Shown: positions 12,030-24,075, counted from the first letter of the stretch. The stretch: 64,000 nt of DNA from Selaginella moellendorffii (GCF_000143415.4 NW_003314313.1:771430-835429); one strand, 5' to 3'. Numbers and translations are program-made. The notes: a model not told the origin generated them from the letters alone.

Positions 12030-12395
12030 GCAACCAGGTGAAATGCCTCTCGTCCACCGCGAGGTCTTGTTCAACGGATGCTGTCCCAGGGACAAGTCAA
12101 GTTAATCTCAGTTGCTACTCGAGTACGTACTGCCACACAGGTCACATCGCTGGTTGGAATTCATGGTTTCGTGCCTCGAGATCTTCCTTGGAGAGGAAGT
12201 TTTTCGATGAAAAGTTCATCCTGCTAAACCCCAAGACATTGTGTGAGCTCACGTTGGCGACTGAAAGTCTTGACATGAAACCACTGGTGGACTTGACCAG
12301 TTGACTCTAGCTCGATCAAAGGAAAGACGCCGAAAGAGATCCGGTCTGCCAGACGAACTAACAGAAGTAAGAAGCGAATGCTATCTCACAGGCAT
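12030..12395 (+). pseudogene. SKP1-like (ASK20/21) gene fragment
   Basis: PLVHREVLFNGCCPRDK, ERKFFDEKF...LCELT..SLDMKPLVDLTS*; introns retained. Confidence 0.85.
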
Positions 12396-14299
12396 GGCAA
12401 GAAGCGTCTACTCGTTAAAGAAGTTTACGAATTGCTTAATTCACAGGCATGGCGAGCTTCGTGCAGATTCATGGTGGCGTGGATGAAACTGCAGCACAGC
12501 AGAGAAGAAGCCAAATTAATGTTTGATTGCTAAAAAGGATCAAATCTCATGAACAGAGTGCTAGAAGCATCAAATTCATGATCACGGGCATTCTTTTTGT
12601 ATTGTGAAGAACATTGCTCTTTCAATTCGCTTAGGACCACAAACTGCAACTCAAGTCCGTCCACACGGAAGAGCCATCCAGCAGGCTGTCATCCGTCCAA
12701 TTAAGTAAGATGCTTCGTTTTGGACTAATTGAGAAAACTCTCCGTTTTCCCCTTTTTTCCCAGTGGTATTTAGCTCATGTTTAAAGACATATAATGGCCC
12801 CTTGTCCGGTCCACTCTGCCCAGGTAGAACGCTTCGCACCTCTCTCCACCCTCGCAAGGTAAGTTCGTTTAAGTAGGGCTTTTCTTTGAATAAGAGAGTA
12901 GATTTGCTGGGGACAATAAAGCGAAGCTGCTTGCAACGAGCTAATCAACAGTAAAAGAAGCCAGTGATAGTCAATATGTTCAAACAATTCAAAAAATCAA
13001 AGTCCTAAACAACGGGCCAAGGAACTCTCAACGTGAAGGGAAACTCACTGATGTGGACAACGCTGTTTGAATACGAACAAAACTAATGATCATTGAAAGT
13101 GACGATACTTAGCTTCAGGTTTGAGTGTGTTTCAATTTGTTCTAATTTCTTGTCATTAAGAAGGCTGCTCAACGACGATAAGAACTCAAATGCCGTGTCA
13201 CAGTGTGCCAAGATGAAAATGCTACGAGATTGGAGAGATTTTGTGTCCACGTTTTGGAGAGATGTGTTGTTGCTGCGCTCAACAAAGACCTGCGAGCTGA
13301 GAAACAACATTGCCTGTTGATCTTCAGAACTTCAATCCAGCTGAAGACGTACATGACAATGGTCCAACCTCAATGAAAACAACGATCATTGAAACTCTGA
13401 AGGCATGCAATGTGTACAGGAAGCACAGTGATCATAGCGTGAATTTACAAGAAAAGACGCTCAGATCAACTCGTATACTGTTTGCTCTAACTAAGATGTT
13501 TGCTGTTCAACGAGATGGACATCGAAGTTTAACAGGTTCGTGAACTGTTTGTTCTAACCAAAATGTTTATTCAACGAACTGGACAAAGCCCAAAAAAACA
13601 CTAGAACCTTCCAGGTCTATGTTCTCTTTAGTTTTCTTTATGGTTTCTTTAACTTCCTTTTGTTTTTGCAATGCCATGAGATTGTAACGGTGCCATAGAA
13701 CAATGTTAGATGGAAGTTTACAACCCTGTGGTTTCCTTGAAATACGTTGCAAGTAGTTGTGTCAAAAAACACCAAAGTAGCTTGTGAGCTTCCCAGCGTC
13801 TGGGCGCTGTGGCAGCTACTCAAGAGCTCGTTAAACTTCTTGTAGCTGTCCGAGCTTGAAGACCTCGGGCTCGTCACTTCCAAAACTTAGCTCAGAGGCT
13901 TCCAGGGCTGAGCATGAGCGATGAACAAGATCAAAGCTGAGATAGGAGGGGGTACTCATCTTCGCCTTGAATCTGCAGGGCCTTCTCTACTTCCGGCTTT
14001 TCCAAACAGGTCACCGTGCTCTGCCTCGGAGGTTGATGGGCTCGAGTCGCAACCAGCCATCGATCCCGAGATCCGCCACAACGGGAACGCGACATCGACA
14101 TGCATTCTGGAGGGATGGCAAAGAGCTATGGGAAGCATTGGCGAGTTTTCGCAGAAATCTCCTGCTGTGGTCTTTTTTATGTACGAGCTCGAACAAGGGA
14201 GCAATACAACCAGATCCAAAACCAAATTCCACTAAATGGATATTTCCTCTAATGTTTTGGACAGAAACAAACAAGGAAAAGAAGTTGTGCAAACATACA

Positions 14300-14650
14300 T
14301 TGGAACCATAGTCTTCGCTCCCACGCCACCGCTATAGTCTCCAGGGATCCAATCGACATCACAGGTTTGGGAGGGCGATGACGGCTATGGTCTCCATCTG
14401 GAGATGGTGATGGAGTGGCAATGGGATCCCATCGATCCTCGCATGGATTCAATTTCCTGCAGCTCCATCCCCCAATAAGGTAGAGCTTGCTGCCCAGAGC
14501 CTGGCACACGAATCCCCGTGCCTTTTGGGTATCAAAACCTCTTATCGTCCAAGCCCTGTGCGGTGTCTGGCAAATAGTCCATGGGCGATGACCAACTGCG
14601 AAAGGAGCAGCCTGCGAGGATGTGGCAATCACAGGGAAGCGCGCCGGATC
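14300..14650 (-). pseudogene. Kelch-repeat (F-box/kelch-type) fragment
   Basis: RGFVCQALGSKLYLIGGW...EDRWDPI, with the kelch GG..W pattern. Confidence 0.55.
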
Positions 14651-14659
14651 GACCGGGAA

Positions 14660-15095
14660 TGCACATTCTTGTGTAACCTCTTGCTATCACTATATACCCG
14701 ATTTGGGCATATTGGCGAGGCGATCAAGGTGTTTCACTCGATCCAGAATTCCAATCTCTTCTCCTTGAAAATCCTGTTAGGGGCATTTTGCGATGACAAT
14801 CACGTTTCTGAGGATAGAAAAACCTTTGATTCTCTGCAGGAGAGGGACGTGCTGACCTGGACTATGATGGTGATCGCATATGCCCCCATTGGGCATCTTT
14901 CGCGGAAAAGTCACGGGCCGCGCGCAACCAGGTGGAATGCCTCTCGTCCACCGCGAGGTCTTGCTCAATGGATGCTGTCCCAGGGACAAGTAAAGTTGCT
15001 ACTCGAGTACGCACTGCCGCTTCCCGGTCCGATAAGGTCACATTGCTGGTTGGAATTCATGGTTTCGTGGCTCGAGATCTTCCTTTTTCTTCTTT
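14660..15095 (+). pseudogene. PPR fragment fused to SKP1-like fragment
   Basis: FLCNLLLSLYTRFGHIGEAIKVF...RDVLTWTMMVIAY followed by NGCCPRDK / LLEY..RFP. Confidence 0.8.
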
Positions 15096-15439
15096 CAAAA
15101 CTTCCAAACCGATCCCCTCTGGCGTGAGCACGAGCAGCTCCCTCGGCCGAGGAATTTCTTCCAGTCCAGTTGCTGCTGCCTGAGTGTTTTCATCCAGCAG
15201 CCTTGCCCCGATTTCAGGAACCGCGAGGGATCCGTAATGCTGGAATCGTCGACAGCAGCGCATCCGCCATGAAGCTGTTCGTCTTGTACGCCGGGATTCG
15301 ATTGCGTGACAGCTGCTGCCGCAGAAGCTTGTGATAATCGGCATCACAAAACAAACACCAACCAATATCGTCGGCGGCTTTGTGATAGTGCGAAATCCTT
15401 TCTCGTGGCGACACCGCACGAAAAAGAAACAAAGCGAGA

Positions 15440-16400
15440 GTGATCGGTGGAAAGATGATCCAGCTCATCCATTCTCGAGCTACGAGCAGGGGTGAAGACG
15501 ATCACCTAGCGCGCAATGCACACGCCAAATGTAGAGGAATGGCGGAAGAAGCGAATGGATTCATAATCGCGCGCGTCAGAAACCAGGAAACTGAAGGTCA
15601 GGAACCTTGGACGTGTGACGTTAGACACAGCATCAGCACTTCGCAAACAAATATTCAGCACTCGTCTCGCTTGTCCTTTCCCTTTTCCCAGAGTGCTAAC
15701 TTTCACAACCGTTCCATCCAAAGCTTCTCCCACTTTTCTCTCCCAGCCAAATCTGCAAATGCTACCAAAAACCTCGAGTGCTAGCTCACTCTCCACGTTT
15801 GCAACGTATCCGAGCACTAGAACAGTCCACGAGATGACACTGTGCCGGGAGCTGGTGTCGAAAACCATGCGTGCTTCCACCATTCTTCCACAGTATGCGT
15901 ACATTTCCACCAGCGAGCTCGCTACGTGATCATCTTTGCCACTTCTCTTAGCTCAAGGGTGGATTCTCATGCCTTGTTCCAGAGCTTCCAGCTTGATCAT
16001 CTTCCCACCGATGAGTCTCACTTCTTCTCTGATCGCTAGAGCAGAGCAAGCCTCGATCGCTGCGAAGAATGTCCCGGAATCCGGTCCGCAACCCTGGCTT
16101 TCCATCCATGACAAGCCTTCCAGAGCACGAGATTCTTCGCCATTCTCAAGATGAAAGCGTTCCAGGCCACTACATTGTGGCAAGGCATCCTGTCAAACAC
16201 CTTCCTCGCCTCAACCAGGCTGCCACACCTCCCATACATGCCGATCAAGCTGCAAGAAACGTAGGATCGTGGAGCACCCTTCCCCTCTCTAAATCCTTGG
16301 AGCTCCCGCAGGATTTCAACCCCAAAAGGAGCTCCGCTGAGCAGCCTGTGCTGTGACCCAGGCATTGTCCCAGTACGGGTCGAAGGGAATGCATCCATCC
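15440..16400 (-). pseudogene. PLS-type PPR pseudogene (copy without the gypsy insertion)
   Basis: [65 protein letters not shown]; frameshifts. Confidence 0.88.
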
Positions 16401-16519
16401 ATCGAGCGCCAAAAGAATCTTTGTCGAAGAACCCTAAAATTCAGAAGAGCCCTAAAAACTGTCAACTGTCTCTAGCGAAGGACTCGCTTGACATAAACGG
16501 CTCGCAAAGATACCGCTAG

Positions 16520-17045
16520 CTCCCACCGATACGATAACACCGTCCGGAGCCTCCACGCTTGCTCGGTACGTGGTAGCGTCGTCGTCTACGTTTGTCACTC
16601 GCCAGTGGATGATCCTCTTTCCTTTGAGCGAAGAGATCGCGATGGAGGGATAGTTGAGATTGCTGGAAGCCATGCGTCGTCGTGTGGAACAGATGGTTTC
16701 AAGTTCGCGAAAGTGGAGACGTTTCGTATTTCCTGCCTCAATCCACACAGGAAGTCTGTGAATTCGGGCACCTTGGCATCGTAGACGAGGCTTGGATTGA
16801 TGTGGTCTCCACCGAAGGTGCCGGAGAGCAATGCTGCGTCTTTGATTGGCTCCCCAGAGTTATCAGTGACAAAACCTGTTGCAAAACAAGAGAAATGAAT
16901 CGATTGTTTTCTTCTGGAAAGAACATAGTGTTACCTGTAGTTACGATTGCCGAATTGATAGCGGCTGGACTCCATTCGGGACGGTATGCCTTGAGCAGTG
17001 CAACGATCTCAGAGACATGCGGACAAGACATGGAAGTTCATAATA
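16520..17045 (-). pseudogene. Subtilisin-like protease C-terminal fragment
   Basis: [32 protein letters not shown]...LNYPSI...RVTNV...YRASVEAPDGVIVSV. Confidence 0.9.
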
Positions 17046-17059
17046 CAATATTTGCGTGT

Positions 17060-17371
17060 TGTTTGCGAAAGCGAGGTGGAGTTGCTGTGGGAGCATTATA
17101 TGTGCCTGGTGGATCTGCTGGCTGGGGACGCTGCGGCTGGCTCCAGGACGCCGAGGAGCTCGTGGAGAGGATGCCGTTCGAGCAGTGCGTCACGGGCTGG
17201 ATGACGCTGCTGAGCAGGTGCCGGATGCATGGCGACGTGGAGCGGGCGGAGCGCGCCGCGGAGATGGTGGGTGAGCTCGAGCCGGCGCGCAGTCCATCTT
17301 CATGCTTGGAGCTCTCGAGAGAAGGACTGGGACATGATGAGCTTGATCAAGCGACACCTCCAGTGAGGTGA
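17060..17371 (+). pseudogene. PPR E-domain fragment
   Basis: EHYMCLVDLL..CGWLQDAEELVERMPF..WMTLLSRCRMHGDVERAERAAE. Confidence 0.85.
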
Positions 17372-17699
17372 CGAGTTTCTTCTTTCTTCGACGAGGATTA
17401 TTTTAAAGCTTCCTTTTGTGGCATCGAGAAATCAGCCACTTAGTTGCTGGGATGGAATGCTGCTCTGGGAGGCGAGATCTCGATGACCAACAAGACGAGG
17501 AGGAGGGAAATTTTTGCGGCTCGGTCATCAAATGCATCGCCCAAGTCAGGCAATCAGGCACTGTGCTGTTCGAAGAGCTCTCCAACTTACACTCAAGGGT
17601 TTGAGAGCCGGAGCAGCGCAGACGAGGTAACTCTTCCAGAGCTCGAGCGAGAGCTTGACATTGCTTGTTTGTGCTGTTCCAGGTGAGAAGGGAGATCTT

Positions 17700-18650
17700 G
17701 AGCTGGTATGATCTGGGACTCACTTACAACTCGAGCGCCACGGTCGATCACGTCATCCGAAACGATCCCTCGCTCCTCCTCATGGTGGGCGATCTCACAT
17801 ACTCGGATCAATACATCACCAATGGCACTGGATCGCCCTGCTTTAGCTGTGCACTTCCAGACGCGCCAATCCGGGAGACTTATCATCCCCACTGGGATCA
17901 CTAGGGGAGGTGAGAGAGAGAGAAAGACTATAAATCCGCAATCCAATCCCTGATTTCCTTGCTCCCAGATTCATGGAGGAGGTGCCAACCACGAGATCGA
18001 GCCCCAGGCATTGGGCAAAACATACAAGGCCAGATTCTCGGTGCCTCCTGGATCGAATTCCAGCCTTTAGTTCTCGTTCGATGTCGGCGGCATCCACTTC
18101 CTGATGCTGGGAGGATCGCGTCAACAGGCTCCTCACGCCCTGGATCGTGGCATCCGCCGTGGTACAATAGCTACAGCTCCCACTACCGCGAGGTCGAGTG
18201 CATGCGTCTCGAAATGGAGGAGCTTCTCTACAATGCCGGCGTCGACATTGTCTTCAATGGCCATGTAAATCCCTCTCTCTTCTCGATCTCGACAGGAATC
18301 CTCGGTGTTCTTCCAGGTCCATGCCTTAGAACGAGAGTGGACACGGAGGACGCTGACGATCGCCCCAAGCCTGAGGACAACGTACCCCAATTCGGTGGAG
18401 TTTGTGCTCAAAACTTCGGCTCTGAGCCAGCGGCGAATCAATTCTGCTGGGGCAGGCAGCCGGAATGGAGCGCGCTGCGAGATGGAAGCTTTGGTCACGG
18501 CCTATTGGAGGTAACCTCGAGAGTTCAACCTCTTGATTTTGCTCTTTTTCTCTTTAGGTGAAGAACAATACCCATGCCCTGTGGACGTGGTACCGCAACC
18601 AAGATGTGTATGGTGATAGTCACCTTGGAGACATTGTGAAATCACCGCAG
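17700..18650 (+). pseudogene. Purple acid phosphatase (PAP13/15/23 phytase-type) pseudogene
   Basis: DLGLTYNSSATVDHV..LLMVGDLTYSDQY...APIRETYHPHWD*, HPPWYNSYSSHYREVECMR, VDIVFNGHV, SFGHG; premature stop and deletions. Confidence 0.9.
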
Positions 18651-19018
18651 TGCCGGAACTATCCTGCTTTCCAAGCTGACGAAAGATCGGGTGGAAACAG
18701 TGGAAGTCCCTCCAGGATCTTGGGAGCTCTAGCCATTTTGATGGCAACGCTTCTAGAATTTTGAAAGTGCAGAAGTTAATAAACATTAGCATATGAAAAG
18801 AATTATCGCGAGTGAATTCCAGTACAATTGGAGAGGGAAAAGCTAACTGGAAGTCTGGTTTCCAGCCATCCAGTCAAAACTGCCGCTTTGCATGTCGACG
18901 TGGCGGTTCTTCAGTGGTTGACATTTTCTCGGCAGCATATATACGATATCAACACAAACGCTGATCATATCATCGGTCTCTCTTTGATAGATTTTCTTTG
19001 CAAGAGGAACTCTAGATC

Positions 19019-19458
19019 ATGTCTCGCGCACTAAGTTTTTTCTTCTTCTTCCTCTTGGTGGCTGCTACTGTGACCTCTCGGCCAGTGAAGAATGAAACAG
19101 GTACGCCTGTTCTTCAATCTCGATTGAATATGCCTCGCTTGGATTTGATGATCTCTGTGTTTCTTTTGAAACATCATGGTCCATGTCTGCACTCGCTTGC
19201 ATGTGTGTCTGTCCAAGCACGTAACCTGATTCATACGTGATTTAAACTTTTTGTCTTTTACAGTGATGGCTAAGATTGCTAATCAGCTGGATTGGTCGTC
19301 ATTGTCCAATTCCACCCCAAAAATTGCCGAACCAGAGGTAAAATAATCCTGTATTTGAAGACAATATTCTTGACATGTATGATCATGTGCTGTCAATCAT
19401 CTTTGGTGATCAGGAGAAGCAAGCCCATGTTGACTACATTTATGATTTTAATCCTTGA
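19019..19458 (+). CDS. Phytosulfokine-like secreted peptide precursor, copy 2 (exons 19019-19100, 19264-19337, 19414-19458; 66 aa)
   Basis: GT-AG splicing gives MSRALSFFFFFLLVAATVTSRPVKNETVMAKIANQLDWSSLSNSTPKIAEPEEKQAHVDYIYDFNP*: signal peptide, RP, acidic stretch and a PSK-type AHxDYIY. Confidence 0.8.
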
Positions 19459-19740
19459 TGAAACGGCACATTAATAAGGAGGGATCATAGGCTTTAAAAT
19501 TCTCATAATATACCTTTAATATAAATCGATTTGTCTTTGTAGTATTTTCATTATACAAATTGAAAAAAAGTTGTACAAGTAATATTTTCCAGTCTGTCTT
19601 AAAAGCCCCACAACTTCCGTGAGTAAGTTTTATTGATCAGAACAGCGACACATACGTGCCAAACAAGGAGAGATCATGTGGGAGATCACTCAGTTATTCA
19701 TCTTTCATCATATGGATATAGTTTGATCATCCAAAAGGAT

Positions 19741-20169
19741 CTAGCAGCACTGGAGAACTCCCTCGACGTTCTGGATGCAATCGTCGAGGTTGCGAGTGGA
19801 AGAGACGAGAACGCCATCCCCGCGGTTGCAACGGGCAGCCACGTTGAGCCCATTGAAGCTGATGTTGATGCATCGTGAGGCAAAGTTGGATGAGCAGTCG
19901 AGGACACCATTGCTGCTGCCCACGCAATTGTTCACATCGATGGAGGCGTTCCTCCTTTCCATATTGGATGTGCTGCAAATGGCTCTCATCACGGTCGAAT
20001 TCCTGTCGAAGGTGATATCAGTGCAGGATCGAGAAAACTGGCAAGCCTGTAAGAGTAAGATATCCAAATTGTGAGCTTCTTGCGGGACAATCGAATGAGA
20101 GTTTCTTACCTGGGTGATGGAGAGGGTCGAGACCAGCATACACAGGAAGAAAACCTCGCGAAATGCCAT
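19741..20169 (-). CDS. Secreted CVNH lectin, copy 2 (intron 20047-20109)
   Basis: Protein identical to copy 1. Confidence 0.9.
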   Translation of the reverse strand: MAFREVFFLCMLVSTLSITQVRNSHSIVPQEAHNLDILLLQACQFSRSCTDITFDRNSTVMRAICSTSNMERRNASIDVNNCVGSSNGVLDCSSNFASRCINISFNGLNVAARCNRGDGVLVSSTRNLDDCIQNVEGVLQCC

Positions 20170-20619
20170 AATGAGATAGAACAAGAAATAACCAAGAAGA
20201 AAATGAGTAAACAACTTTAACTAGAGATGAGTTGAGCTCTGGAAAGGCCTTGTTTATATAGTCCTGGGAGCGACGCTTATCTTGACGATTCAGCTAGTAC
20301 ATGACTCCACATTGCGGCTAGAATGCAAAATTTCTACGTGGACTACATTACTATACACGTAAATATTGAAATTTAGCTCAGTTTATGATTTTTCAACGGT
20401 GACATTTTTAGGAGTTTGCGTGTTTCGTTTAATTTGCTAGATTATAAATGGGATCGAAACTTAGACACCCTTTTTGGGGCAAGACCGCTCGAGACATCGA
20501 TCTCTACGTGCCCATAGATAGAATCGCGAAGATTATCCAGTGTGTCCAGCTGGTAGACGTAAAATCGAAAAGCACATAAATTCCTCCAAAGACGAAGGAT
20601 ACTTTATCTTTGCGAGCCA

Positions 20620-21110
20620 TTTAGAAGATACCGGAGCCTCCACGCTTGTTGCTCGGTACGTGGTAGCGTCGTCGTCTACGTTTGTCACTCGCCGGTGGAT
20701 GATCCTCTTTCCTTTGAGCAAAGAGATCGCGATGGAGGGATAGTTGAGATTGCTGCGTTGTCGTGTGGAATAGATGGTTTCAAGTTTGCGAAAGTGGAGA
20801 CGTTTCGTATTTCCTGCCTCAATCCACACAGAAAGTCCGTGAATTCGGGCACCTTGGCATCGTAGACGAGGCTTGGATGAGCAGCCGCGTTTGGATTGAT
20901 GTGGTCTCCACCGAAGGTGCCGGAGAGCAATCCTGCGTCTTTGATCGGCTCCACAGAGTTATCAGTGACAAAACCTGCTGCAAAACAAGAGAAAAGAATT
21001 GATTGTTTTCTTCCACGTAGTGTTACCTGTCGTTATGATTGCCGAATTGATAGCGGCTGGACTCAGGTATGCCTTCTCAGAGACATGCAGCCAAGACATG
21101 GAAGTTCATA
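20620..21110 (-). pseudogene. Subtilisin-like protease fragment
   Basis: Paralog of 11030-11520. Confidence 0.85.
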
Positions 21111-21344
21111 ATATTGCGTATTGTTTGCGAAAGATCTCCCACCAAGAAAAGAAAACCATAATGCGTATTGTCACTCCCATTCCTTGGTGGGAGACAAGGC
21201 TTTGAGTCCATGGGAATTTGATGTGGCTCTTCTTGGTGCGTTTTATACACAAACTCTTCAGGTCTCACGTCAACCAAGTCTTTCTTCTCTCTATGGCAGC
21301 CAGAGATTATTCTCAGGAACCAAAGACGAGCTAAGCTCCGGCAG

Positions 21345-21960
21345 TGCACATTCTTATGTAACCTCTTGCTATCACTACATGCCCGGTTTGGGCACATTGA
21401 CGAGGCGATCAAGGTCCTTCACTCGATTCAGGATCCCAATGTCTTCTCTTCGAAAATCCTGTTACGGGCCTTTTGCGATGACAATTGCGTTTCTGGGGAG
21501 GGAAAAACCTTTGATTCTTTACAGGAGAGGGTGGACTACGATGGTGATCGCATATGCCCGCATTGGGCATATTTTGCGGCAAAGTTTCTCTTCACGGGCC
21601 AAAATGCCTCTCGTCCACCGCGAGGTCTTGTTCAACGGATGCTGTCCCAGGGACAAGTCAAATTAATCTCAGTTGCTACTCGAGTACGTACTGCCGCACA
21701 GGTCACGTCGCTGGTTGGAATTCATGGTTTCGTGCCTCGAGATCTTCCTTGGAGAGGAAGTTTTTCGATGAAAAGTTCATCCTGCTAAACCCCAAGACGT
21801 TGGAGCTCACGTTGGCGACTGAAAGTCTTGACATGAAACCACTGGTGGACTTGACCAGTTGACTCTAGCTCGATCAAAGGAAAGACACCGAAAGAGATCT
21901 GGACTGCCAGACGAACTAACAGAAGTAAGAAGCGAATGCTATCTCACAGGCATGGCAAGA
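21345..21960 (+). pseudogene. PPR fragment plus SKP1-like fragment
   Basis: Paralog of 11765-12395. Confidence 0.82.
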
Positions 21961-22794
21961 AGCGTCTACTCGTTAAAGAAGTTTACGAATTGCTTAATTC
22001 CTGCTCGGCAGTGGACAAGGGCTCACGAGCTTCGTGCAGATTCATGGTGGCGTGGATGAAACTGCAGCACAGCACGAGGAGAAGCCAAAATAATGTTTGA
22101 TTGCTAAAAAGGATCAAATCTCAAAAACACAATGCTAGAAGCATCAAATTCATGATCACGGGCATTCTTTTTGTATTGTGAAGAACATTGCTCTTTCAAT
22201 TTGCTTAGGACCACAAACTGCAACTCAAGTCCGTCCACACGGAAGAGCCATCCAGCAGGCTGTCATCCGTCCAATTAAGTAGCTGGTAAGATGCTTCGTT
22301 TTGGACTAATTGAGAAAACTCTCCGTTTTCCCCTTTTTTCCCAGTGGTATTTAGGTCATGTTTAAGGTTCATCGTTGAAAGAACCTAAACGAACTTGGTG
22401 GAGAGAGGTGCGAAGCGTTCTACCTGGGCAGAGTGGACCGGACCGGCCAAGGGGCCAACCCAATTATGAGGGCTTTTCTTTGCGTTAGCAATAAGAGAGT
22501 AGATTTGCTGGGGACAAGAAAGCGAAGCTGCTTGCAACGAGCTAATCAACAATAAAAGAAGCCAGTGATAGTCAATATGTTCAAACAATTCAAAAAATCA
22601 AAGTCCTAAACAACGGGCCAAGGAACTCTCAACGTGAAGGGAAACTCACTGATGTGGACAACGCTGTGTGAATACGAACAAAACTAATGATCATTGAAAG
22701 TGAAGATACTTAGCTTCAGGTTTGAGTGTGTTTCAATTTGTTCTAATTTCTTGTCATTAAGAAGGCTGCTCAACGACGATAAGAACTCAAATGC

Positions 22795-23190
22795 TGCCCG
22801 ATTTGGCCATATTGTCAAGGTGTTTCGATCCAGAATTCCAATGTCTTCTCCTTGAAAATCCTGTTAGGGGCCTTTTGCGATGATAGTCGCGTTTCTGAGG
22901 AGAGAAAAACCTTTTATTCTCTGAAGGAGAGGGACGTGGTGACCTGGACTACGATGGTGATCGCATATGCCCGCATTGGGCATCTTTCGCGGAAAAGTTT
23001 CTCTTCACGGGCCGCGCGCAACCAGGTGGAATGCCTCTCGTCCACCGCAAGGTCTTGCTCAATGGATGCTGTTCCAGGGACAAGTAAAGTTGCTACTCGA
23101 GTGCGCACTGCCGCTTCCCGGTTCAATAAGGTCACATCGCTGGTTGGAATTCATGGTTTCGTGGCTCGAGATTTTCCTTTTTCTTTTGCA
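22795..23190 (+). pseudogene. PPR fragment plus SKP1-like fragment
   Basis: Paralog of 14660-15095 (ERDVVTWTTMVIAYARIGH). Confidence 0.8.
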
Positions 23191-23781
23191 GTCACTTCCA
23201 AAACTTCCAAGCCGATCCCCTCTGGCGTGAGCACGAGCAGCTCCTTCAGCCGAGGAATTTCTTCCAGTCCAGTCGCTGCTGCCTGAGTGTTTTCATCCAG
23301 AAGCCTTGCCCCGATTTTAGGAACCGCGAGGGATCCGTAATGCTGGAATCGTCAACAGCAGCGCATCCGCCATGAAGCTGTTCGTCTTGTACGCCGGGAT
23401 TCGATTGCGTGACAGCTGCTGCTGCAGAAGCTTGTGATAATCGGCATCACAAAACAAACACCAACCAATATGGTCAGCAGCTTTGTGACAGTGCGAAATC
23501 CTTTCTCGTGGTGACACCGCACGAAAAAGAAACAAAGCGAGAGTGATCGGTGGAAAGATGATCCAGCTCATCCATTCTCGAGCTAAGAGCAGGGGTGAAG
23601 ACGATCACCTAGCGCGCAATGCACATGCCAAATGTAGAGGAATGGCGGAAGAAGTGAATGGATTCATAATCACGCACGTCAGAAACCAGGAAACTAAAGG
23701 TCACGAACCTTGGACGTGTGACGTTAGCCACAGCATCAGCACTTCACAAACAAATATTCAGCACTCGTCTCGCTTGGCAAT

Positions 23782-24075
23782 TGAAGAGGTGTCGATACTC
23801 CTCTTCGCTGGAAATCTATTGTTAGAAAGAAAACAAAAGAGAAAATGGCCCGATCTCCAAGGGCTGAGAAGAAGGACAAGTGAAAGAATGTTGTGAATTG
23901 ATAAGAAAATGATGGAATGGAGATAGGGATCCATAATTCGGATTCCCCCCTTTGAAAGGCTAGTGGTTCTAACTGCTAGCATATACTATATGTTGTGCAT
24001 GATTTAATTTATGGCTCCGATGTAGCCCTGGGTTTAAGGTCGGAGTCCCCTGAGCCTGGGTTTTTGGTTGATACA
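23782..24075 (-). repeat. 3' LTR of element 2 (294 bp)
   Basis: Reverse complement of TGTATCAACC...CCTCTTCA. Confidence 0.95.

Noticed and set aside
13200-13900. Single-copy stretch between repeat units
   Set aside because: Only short ORFs and no motif I can support.
11030-17045. Subtilase genes as processing enzymes for the PSK-like peptide (a three-part cluster)
   Set aside because: Subtilases do process PSK precursors, but all five copies here are frameshifted C-terminal fragments without the Asp/His catalytic region.
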